Source: Hyaloraphidium curvatum SAG 235-1 (Eukaryota > Fungi > Monoblepharomycota). Taken from it: a DNA stretch of 64,000 nt. A program made the position numbers and the translations under genes. Each line of letters begins with the position of its first letter. Within the stretch, counting starts at the first letter, position 1. Where the stretch lies: the NCBI GenBank assembly GCA_025558095.1, contig JAIVFI010000040.1, forward strand, positions 310,001-374,000. Reading direction: 5' to 3'. This document shows, in pieces, positions 55,318 through 64,000 of this stretch. Under the pieces are notes generated by a model, which was given only the letters and a program-made list of their open reading frames with translations, did not search any database and was not told where the DNA came from.

Positions 55318-56489
55318 ATGCCCACCGTCCTCTCCACGCCCGCCAAGCTGGCCACCGTGCCCATCGCCCTCGCCGTTGCGCGGCAGTTCGGCCGGGCGTT
55401 CGCGCACCTGGACGCCGCCATCGCCCAGCTGCCCAAGGACGACGCGCGCCTGCAGGTCTCGTTCAAGACCGGCATCGCGCCCGTCGACGGGTTCCTCAAG
55501 GCGATCGTGCCCGTGGGCGTCGTTTCCACGCGTTTGGCGGGGGGCGGGACGGCTCCGGCTCGGCGTGAACGACGTCCTGACTTTCCGCGCTCTCCTCGCA
55601 GTTCTTTCGGTTCGCCCTGGCAGAACCGGCAGCGGGCACGTATCTCGACGCGATGACGGGCATCATGGCGCCCTTTTTCTTCTACGCCGCGTTCGAGGGG
55701 CTCAAGCCCGGGGGCAACGCGCTGCACCTCCTTTACCCCGCGATGGGCCTCGGCATGCAGGTCCGCTTCCTGCCCGCACCAAACGGAACCGCGTCGCTGA
55801 CACCGCATGCAGCTCTTCGGCGTGGGATTCGTCACCCCCCTCGTCTGGGTCCCCATGATGCTCTCGTACCCCCCGACCGGTGCGCTCCCCGCGGACGCGA
55901 GGACGACGCTGGGCGCGGCGATGGTGTTCCTCGGGCAGGCGGCCAACGTGTACGTGTCGGCCAACATGGGCGCCGAGGGGGACAGGGGGACCAAGTTGCT
56001 GGCGTGGTTCCAGGTGGTGGGTTGTCCGATCTCCATGACGTAGCGGAGGGCGATTGACGCAGCGCCTCCGATCAGGCACCGGCGCTCGCGTGGCTCCTGT
56101 GGTCGTTCGTTCCCTACCTCCCCGAGAACTCGCCGATCCTCAAGAACCTCCCCGCGGCGCCCAAGGACCTCGCCAAGAACGTCTACCGCGCCGCGGCGCT
56201 GCTCGCCCTCCCCGGGCACGCCAAGCTGCTGCTTTCCTTCTTCCGCGACCCCGCCCGCCTCAAGGAGGCGCTGGCGGTGTTCGACCCCGCGGTCGCGGCC
56301 GGCGCGCCGGGGAAGGCGGCGGCCAACTTCCTCGCGTGGGACTTCGTCGGGCTCGCCGCGGGCTTGGGGTGGCTTGCGGCGGCGAGGAACGGGTTCGATG
56401 CGGGGAAGGTGGGCGGGTTCCTGGCGAGGGCGCTGCTGCTGGGCCCGGGGACGGCGCTGGGGATGGACATGGCGTCGTGGGAGGCGTAG
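55318..56489 (+). CDS. multi-pass membrane protein, CtvD/AurD-like
   Basis: TGIAPVDGFLKAIVP-FF, MQ|LFGVGFVTPL, FLAWDFVG and LLLGPGTALG...WE. About 3-4 short introns. Confidence 0.6.
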
Positions 56490-57048
56490 GTCGGTGCCGT
56501 TGGGTGAAAGTTGTTGCAGCCCGGTGTACCTTGCGTTTGATGTATGGCAGTGATCTGCATGGTATCTGATCGGAAGCTCGGTGGACGCCTCGACACCCGG
56601 TGCGGAGTTGCGCGCTGGCCCTGGGGGGCTGTTGACCGCCGCGGATCTGCGTGAATCGGGGTCCGAAACCCCACGGCAGCACGCATTCGACTCGTATAAT
56701 GGCAACGGGATGGCGGATGGATCGCTACGGTGGCTGCCGTGTGGGGATTCGGGCGCCAGGTTCGCGGCGGAGCGCGAGGGTCCGCAACAGTCACGCCCGG
56801 CCGCTCCCTCCACCGCGGGCACAACCCGGCAACCGCCAGTGCCGGCGCGACATTGCAGCTGGTCTTCGGGAGGCGCTGTACTCGAGGAGTTATTTTTCTT
56901 CGGCGAGGCGGCCGGGCGGAAGAGCGGCGGGGCGGCGTGGCAGGTCACCGGACAATGGAGGGCCCTTCGGGCCGCTAGCGGCGCCCACCGCCTGCAAAGG
57001 ACCATTCGCGGCCTGCGACGGACACGCGGTCACCGTAAACCGCCGGCA

Positions 57049-60000
57049 ATGTCGCGGGCGGGGCGGCCGGGGCGGCTGCCGCCCGGCGCGTTCCCGGACG
57101 ACGACGCGGAGCCGCGCCGGAGCCCCGACGGGCCGCCGAGCGGGGGCGCGGACGGCGGGCAGCATTTCGGCGTGCAGGAAATCCCGCCGACGCCGCTGGA
57201 CGGCAGCCCGCCCGACGAGGCCGACGGCGGCCCGAGCACGCCGCCCGACGCCGCCGCGGGCCCGCCGCAGCCGGCCGCCGCCGTGCTGCTGCCGCTGCTG
57301 AAACCGCCGTCCGATCTGCACGCGCGCGTCATGCACCGCCGCAGCGCGTCGGCCGAGTCGGCGGGCTCCGTGGCGAGCTTCCAGTCGGCGCCAGAGGCAG
57401 GCGACGCCAAGCGCGCCGCCGCGGCGGGCTCGCCCGGCGACGACGACGCGGGGGCGGAGCTGGAGGACTATTCGAGCAGCACGGGGAGCCCGATTGCCGG
57501 CATGCTGGACGTGGACGCGCCCGCGCCGCTGGTCTCGGGCGCGGTGCCCGTCGAGGACGCCGGCGTCGGCATCAGGCGGTCGGCGTCGCTCAGCGACGGC
57601 CAGCTCACCGATACCCCGTTCCATTCGTTTCACTCTGCCGGGATCGCAGTCTCGGCGTCGGCAGGCAACCTCGCCGAGACCGCTAGCGCGAAATCGGATT
57701 CGGGCTCGCCCGCCGACTTCCCCGACGGCGCCGCTTCCTCTCTCCCTCCGCGCCAACGCCCCCCCAACATCTCCGCCATCCGCCCACCGCGTGCCCCCGC
57801 GCGGCTCGAGGGCTTCCCGCTGCATCTGTTCCGCCGCTGGGTGGGCTACTTCCTCGTCGTCGGGTTCGACCTGGAGATGGGGCAGAGCGTGGAGCGCGTG
57901 TGGCCGGACGATTTGGTGCCGGCGAACAGGGATATCGGGCACAGGCTGACGGATGCCGAGCGGAAAGTCATGTGGGTCAAAGCGGCCGGGGTGGCGCCTA
58001 CGAGGTTCTGACGCTTGTGTCGCTTTACCCCACAGCTCCTTCGCCTCCTTCCCCGACTCCAACTCGGCCGCGCACCTCGGCGACTCGGTCTTCACCTTCC
58101 GCGTGCGCCGCTCGCACCCCTCCCTCGCCTCCCCTTTGCCCGCGAGCCCCGTCGCGCGGCTGCCGAGCGGGCTGATCTCCTCGGCCGCGACGGTCGAGAG
58201 CCCGCGGCCGGTATCGCCCGGTCCCGGGGCCGAGGGCGAGGACGAGGGGCTCGAGGACGTGGACGGGTGCGTGTTCGGGTACGTGTTTTTCAGGCAGATG
58301 AGGGACGAAGGGATCAAGAGGGGTTTCTTCCAGGTGGGTCCGAAGGGGCTGGCGTCTGCTCGACGAAGCTGACTTCCAGTCCGTGAATGGTGCCACAGAA
58401 ATCGCTCGTCGTCCTCTCGCCGCACCCATACCCCGGCCTCTTCACCCGCATCGTCCGCCTCGTCGGCAAAAAGTACTTTGACATGCTCCAGGAGGGCGGC
58501 CACCGCGGCATGCCCCAGGCGGAGCTGCAGGACCGCCTGGACACGGCCCTGGGCAAGGTCGCCGCCGAGATCGCGCGCTGGCCGCCGCCGCCGGACACGC
58601 AGAGCTACGACGCGTTCGCGGGAACGCTGTACGGGCAGCGCACGCTCGGTAGGAACGGGTCGAGCCGATCTCGGGAAGGCCGCAGCTCGGGGTCGTCGGA
58701 GCACCTCGCCGCGCTCCCGCTCCTCTCCCGCGCGCAGACCTCCACGGCAAACATCCCCCTCCCCTTCCTCGGCAAGCTCTTCAACCTCTGCTTCCCCACC
58801 GTCCCCACTCCGCAGTACTTCCCTCCCCCCGCGCCCGCGCTGCTCGTCCCCGAGGCCCAGGGCCCCGCCCCCCCCGATCCAGCGCGCCCGTGCCGCCTGC
58901 ACGACCTGATGCACCTGCACCTGGACCAGCTCTGGACCATCTGGGAGCTCGTCCTGCTGTGCGAGCCCGTGCTGGTGCAGGGCGACACCCCCCGCGCCGC
59001 GGGCGAGGCCGTGTGGTGCCTCGTGGAGATGGCCAGCCCGCTCGAGTACGCGGGGCAGTGGAGGCCCTACTTCACCGTGCAGGACCCCGAGTTCCGCGCG
59101 ATGAGGGGCGGGTCCGGGCCGGCGGGCAAGGGCAGGGAGCACGGCGCGGGGCTGGGCTGGAGGGGGGGGATACTGGGGACCACGAACCCGGTGTTTGGGA
59201 AGGTGCTGGGGGAGGCGTGGGGGAGGAACGTGATGGTGGTGAGGAGGGTGCCGCTGGCGCCGAGGGCTGCGACGGCGCCGGGAGGGGCGGCTGTGCCGAT
59301 AGCCGCAGTGCCGGAGGGCGGGGAAAAGGGGACGGGCGGGGGCCACCCGATATCCGAGTCGGAGCGGGACAGGAGGGACGCCGAGGTGCGCGCGAGGAAG
59401 ATGCAGGGCGAGGCGACGGCGGCCGCGGACAGGCTCACCGAGGCGGTGGTCAACCGGCAGTCGCCTTCGGCGACGGGCAGGCTGGCGGCCTTCTTCAAGC
59501 TGAGGCCGCGGTCGCCCGCGCGGGCGGCGACGCACGAGCCCGCGGCGGTGCAAGGGCCGGCGGTGCTGGGGCGCCACGGGCATGCGCACGGGGGGCAGCA
59601 CCATACCGAGGTCGTGCAGAGCTTCCAGACCAAGCACAGGCCGTTCCTGCTCAAGGACAAGGCGGTGATCAAGAAGGTCGCCGAGGCGGCGATCCGCGGC
59701 CAGCCTTGTGGGTGTCGTTGCTGTTTGCGACGGCTGAGGTGTTGCTCATCGGCGGTGTTCCATTTCAGCGCACGTCCTGAACAACATCCTCCGTCGGCAT
59801 TTCGCCGAACTCACCACCGCATTCCTCGCTCCCCTGGACCAGTACTTCGAGACGCTCCTGGACGAGGCCACCAAGCGGCCGGCCTTTGCGCCCGATGCGC
59901 AGTGGACCGCCAAGCAGCTGTCCATGGAGCTCCCATCGCTCCTTGAACCGCCGGACGTGAGGCCGTTCGGGATGGACACCTTCCTCGCCTTTGTGCAGGC

Positions 60001-60454
60001 ACACCCGCCGTCGCTGCCCGTGGGCCACAGCAGGCCGCTCGCGGGGTTGTACCAGGCCTTCCTGCGGACGCCCAACTTTGCGCGCTGGCTGCGGAGCAAG
60101 TACCGCGCCGTGTACGGGGAATGGCGGCACCGCTACCTCGCCGCGCTCTGCGGGTTCGACGCGGCCGAATTCTGCGACCGCCATGACGAGGTCGAGGTCG
60201 TGGAGCTGCTGCTCCGCCTGCGCGAGGAGCTGGAGCGGTTCCGCGGGGGGCCCGGGGCGGCGCCCGCGCGATCGGGCGGGCGGACGCGCCACGTGGTGGA
60301 TGACAGCGACCTGCATTCGTTCGCGGACCTGGTGCCGCCCACGAGGGAGCAGGCGGCGCGGGCGTACGAGCAGGCGGGGAGGGTGATCGAGAGGCTGCCC
60401 GAGGGGCTCAGGGACAGCGTCGAGTGGCACCGGCAGATGGCCGCGACCTTCTGA
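57049..60454 (+). CDS. DENND6/FAM116-like DENN-domain Rab GEF
   Basis: VVGFDLEMGQ, SFPDSNS, VFTFRVR, FGYVFFRQMRD...KRGFFQ|KSLVVLS, LWTIWELVLLCEP, RPYFTVQD, ILGTTNP and LYQAFLRTPNFARWL. Confidence 0.9.
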
Positions 60455-60653
60455 ACCGCTGGATGGATGGTCCGCGGAGGTGCGATGTAGGCCGCAGGTC
60501 GAATGGAACGCCCGACGAGCGATCGGTGGTTGCTGGAGGCACTGGGGAAAATGGGCTAGTGGCGCATTCGCGGGTCCTGGACCACCACCCGCTCGCGCGC
60601 CGCACCTCACCCAACCCCACTCCCCCATCGGCAGCAAGCGGTCCCCCGCCAGG

Positions 60654-61216
60654 ATGCGCGTCCTCACCGGTAAGGGCGGTGTGGCGATCGCGCGCGCGGC
60701 GGCGGCTGACGCGCCGCAGTCCTCCTCGCCGTGCTGGTCGCGGTGCTCGCGATCGCGCTCGTGCAGCCCGCCGACGCGCAGAAGGGCAAGAAGGGCAAGA
60801 AGGGGAAGGGCGGCGCGGCCGGCGGCGACGCCGCCATCACGCAGCTCACCACCGACGTCGCGTCGCTCAAGACCGCGCTCACCGGCCTGCAGAGCGTGTG
60901 CGGCGGCGGCGCATCGGGCGACGACCTCAGGCGGCTGTTCGCCCGCGGCAAGAAGGGCAAGAAGGCCGGCAAGGGCAGCAAGGGCGGCAAGGGCAGCAAG
61001 AAGGGCAAGGGCTCCGGCGCCGGCTCCGGCTCCGGCTCGTGCGCCGCCGCCGCCGCCCCCGACGTCAGCGCCATCCAGGCCGACGTCACCGCCATGCTCG
61101 CCCTGGTCAACGGCCTCACCACCTCGTGCGGCCCCGCCGGCGGCGGCGGCGATGGCGGCATGGGCGGCGACGAGGAGCCCGCCGTCGACGAAGAAGTTGC
61201 GGCCGACGAGGAGTGA
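60654..61216 (+). CDS. small secreted Gly/Lys-rich two-repeat protein
   Basis: MRVLT|VLLAVLVAVLAIALVQPADA signal peptide (intron 60670-60718). GKKGKKGK tracts, two amphipathic helices ending in Cys, and an acidic tail. Confidence 0.75.
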
Positions 61217-61362
61217 ACGATGAACGATCCCGGACGCTTGATGGCTGCCTTCGGGCCGCATTGAGATGCAGAAGAGTCGAGCGAATGGAAGGAAAGCACG
61301 CGATGTATTCTATGGACATATGGGGAAGAGCCTGTCGTACGCCGAACTCGACCATTCTTCGC

Positions 61363-62450
61363 CTAGTCGTCCTCCGGCCAGCCCAATGTGACGCACGGCA
61401 GGGTCCTCCAGAACCGCAGCTCGCGATCAAAGTCCGGGTCCTCGACCTCCCAATCAATGGAATCCGCGGTGTAGTAGTCGTCAATGACGATGCTGGCCCT
61501 GGTGGTGCTAAGCACTGCCGCAATCGTATCCATGACGGCAGGTTCCAACCCGATGATGCAAATGCTGTGGATCCTCAGCTCCTCGCGAGGTTCTTTGGCA
61601 TGCCCCAAGAAAACCACTCCCCCAAGAACCGGGAGAGCGAAGCCTTCCGCAGCGAGTCCGTGCCGATTGCGGCATCCCAATTCTCCCCGTGGATCATGGT
61701 TTCGGCGCGGAACGGGCAGGCTTCGATGGCGACGGGGTGGAAGGCGTCCGAACGGTGTTGGATCGAGAAACCAACCTCCAAGTTGACGTAAATCCATGTT
61801 TTGGTCTTGGCCAAGAACTCCTCGGGGATGAACGACTCAAAGTCCTCCGACGGCCATTCCCGGAGCTGGCACTCGACCGAATCCAGGGAGGGACAGCCCC
61901 GTGCCACGGCCTCGAAGAGCTTGCTCTCGCAAGGGCCGAAGTGCCTGAAGGTCCGCAGCGCGGGCAGGTCGAGCTCAAGGGCCTGGCTATTCCCATAGGA
62001 ATAGTCCAGGTGGAGCGTGAGGCGGCGGAGCCTGTGCAGCCTGGAATCGCTCCTGATCTCGGAAAGATCCCGCGCTTCCTCGATCGACGGGAAGTCGAGA
62101 TCCAGGTACTCGACGCCGTCGCCGCAGAGACGCACTATGAACTTGAGCACCTCCCACGCGACGCCTTTCTTCCAGCCCAGGGTGAGCTTCCTCACGAAGC
62201 GAAAGCTGGAGTGCTTCATGCCCCAGTCCACGAAGTTGAGCATGCGGGCAAGGGTATCGAACATGGCCTCCGTGTCCACTTCGGAGATGAAGTGCGGCCG
62301 CACGAGTTCCCGCATCGCCCGGCACGCGCACATCATCTCGACCAGGGTCCGCGACCGAGCCGGGAAGCATTTCACGATCTTGAGGATGAGTTCGGGGGGC
62401 AGGACGGGCTTGTCCTCGTCCGCGGAAGGATGCTTCCACAGCTCTCTCAT
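61363..62450 (-). pseudogene. F-box/LRR-like protein (distant family B) with a frameshift near 61585
   Basis: PVLPPELILKIVKCF...CRAMRELV and LRR-like repeats. WGMPKNL continues as EELRIHSI...RELRFWRTL only after a frame change. Confidence 0.72.
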
Positions 62451-63006
62451 CCACGCAATTTCTCGCGACCGTCCTTCTCTGGAAGCTGTGGAGTGCAACC
62501 TGCGCAATCTTCCCAACGACTGGCACCTCTCCTTCCCCCCCGCGATCTTGCCAAAGATCACGAGCTGGTTCAATTGGATTGGAACTTCGCTTTCGCCGTT
62601 GCTCCTCGACGCAGTGCCTGGATCCCCCGTGTTTGCTCCTTCTGAGCTGGTTTGCAAAGGCTTTCCATCCGAGGAGGATTGGGATGCGATCGCGAGGCTA
62701 GTTTCCGTCCGCCGTCTTGTCTTGCGCACAATGGTCGAGGGTGAGGCGTTGCTCCGGAACCTGCCCCGCCATTTCAGTGTTTTCGAGGTGTATGGGCTCG
62801 TGATCACTGGGTTGGACCTTTCTGTCTTGCAGGGCATCGGAGAGAATTTGGTCGGTACCGGAGCGAGGATCATCTTGCACATCATCGGCGCTCGGACGCC
62901 GGAGCGGACAGCAGCTGCGGTGCAGGAGCTTGACTTTTGGCGGTCTTCTGGCCGGTGGGAGTGCATAGTGGCACCGTGGGTCGAGGACTTCATCCGCTCG
63001 GACTAA
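62425..63006 (+). pseudogene. 5'-truncated F-box/LRR-like paralog in inverted orientation
   Basis: HAISRDRPSLEAVECNLRNLP...ILPKITSWF aligns with the neighbour's EAVARGCPSLDSVECQLREWP...FLAKTKTWI. It ends QELDFWRSSG...RSD* and has no N-terminus. Confidence 0.7.
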
Positions 63007-63051
63007 TGGGAGCCGGAAAACGGGATCAACAGGAGCTGTACGCCAATGCCG

Positions 63052-64000
63052 CTATACATTGATCCCCGCCCTCGCCCACACCTCCTTGGTCGACTTCCAG
63101 ACCGCCTCCCTCGCTTCCTCGGTGTGCCCCGAGGACTTGCCCACGTCCTGCCCCGTCTTGCCAATCAGCACCAGCCCCTTCCTCGCGTCCTTGTCGTCCG
63201 CCAGCAGCGGCGTCGACAGGAACTCGGCCGCGTCCTCCTTCTTGGTCGCAAACACCATCATCGCCCGCGCCGCCTTGCGCGCCAGCCAGGGCAGCTCGGT
63301 GCCCCAGTTGGTGGCCACCACGCCCGGCGCGGCGTGGGCAAAAGTGATGTTGGCATTTGCGGGGTCCCGGGAAAAGGTGTCGAGGCAGAGGTCGGTGTAG
63401 AAGCCGGCGGCGTCGGCGGCATTCTTGAGGCTGTAGGTCGTCTTCAGCTCCGGGTCGGTCTTCCAACCTGCGTACGGGGAGTGCACGCCGGCAGAGAGGA
63501 CAGAAAGAACACGCGGGGAGGGAGATTGCCGCAGGAGGGGGAGGAGGAGTTGGATCAGCGCCATCCTGCCATCTGACCAAGGACGTGTCAGTGAAGAGTC
63601 GAGCGCCGATAATCCAATCGAGTGAAACCCACAGTAATGAAGCTGCATCTTCACGTCGATGCCCTCCGCCGTCTCCGTACGGCCCTGCATCGTCGCGATC
63701 CCCTGCGTGACGACGAGCACGTCCAGCTTCTTCCGCGTCTCGGCCAGCTCCTTGAGGTTCTGGAGAAGCGACGCGTCGACCTTGAGAAACTCGAGGTTCT
63801 GGCCCTCGCCCCCTCCCGCGGCCTCCTTCATCTCTTTGACCACCTCCTCGCCGGCCTCGACCGACCGCCCGGCGACGGCAACGTCCATTCCTGCGGCGGC
63901 GAGGCGCACCCCGATCGCGCGGCCGAGCCCGGAGGTGCCGCCGACAACCAACGCCGAGCGGCCGGGGAAGCGGCGCGCGTTGAGCGCGCGGGCGGCAGCG
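63052..64000 (-). CDS. short-chain dehydrogenase/reductase (5' end beyond the window)
   Basis: ALVVGGTSGLGRAIG, LKVDASLL, LDVLVVTQGI, LHY|YGRM (in-frame intron about 63573-63632) and HAAPGVVATN. Confidence 0.9.
   Translation of the reverse strand, partial: AAARALNARRFPGRSALVVGGTSGLGRAIGVRLAAAGMDVAVAGRSVEAGEEVVKEMKEAAGGGEGQNLEFLKVDASLLQNLKELAETRKKLDVLVVTQGIATMQGRTETAEGIDVKMQLHYCGFHSIGLSALDSSLTRPWSDGRMALIQLLLPLLRQSPSPRVLSVLSAGVHSPYAGWKTDPELKTTYSLKNAADAAGFYTDLCLDTFSRDPANANITFAHAAPGVVATNWGTELPWLARKAARAMMVFATKKEDAAEFLSTPLLADDKDARKGLVLIGKTGQDVGKSSGHTEEAREAVWKSTKEVWARAGINV

Noticed and set aside
1-64000. Prokaryotic origin or operon interpretation of the window
   Set aside because: Spliceosomal introns interrupt conserved motifs throughout, and eukaryote-specific genes are present (DENND6, PMCA, CAMK, F-box).

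Overview
This is eukaryotic nuclear DNA. It is visibly GC-rich and gene-dense, with many short (about 45-70 nt) spliceosomal introns that mostly have GT(G/A)(C/G/A)GT donors, CTGAC-type branch points and YAG acceptors. The supplied six-frame ORFs therefore fragment most genes, and I rebuilt the exon structures by eye. The gene set (PMC1-type Ca2+-ATPase, LYC1-type GNAT, CtvD/AurD-like membrane protein, APE2, TDP1, DENND6) points to a fungus, probably an early-diverging zoosporic lineage such as Monoblepharidomycetes; this is inference only. I see about 31 intact genes and about 8 pseudogenes or fragments. No rRNA, tRNA, CRISPR array or recognisable transposase was found. Highlights: (1) an intronless, complete [FeFe]-hydrogenase with a mitochondrial-type presequence and an extra C-terminal SnoaL/NTF2-like domain; (2) a 7-TM protein with the layout of the insect odorant/gustatory-receptor (7TMIC) channel superfamily; (3) an RCC1-repeat receptor-like kinase; (4) a small-molecule kinase::LYC1-acetyltransferase fusion hidden by an intron; (5) a CBA1-like cobalamin-acquisition protein; (6) an Asp-N-like metalloprotease with PAN-like and Ig-like domains; (7) a probable GA-AG intron plus three GC-AG introns; (8) two F-box-like gene families in rapid birth-and-death, including a chimeric junction and an inverted junction.
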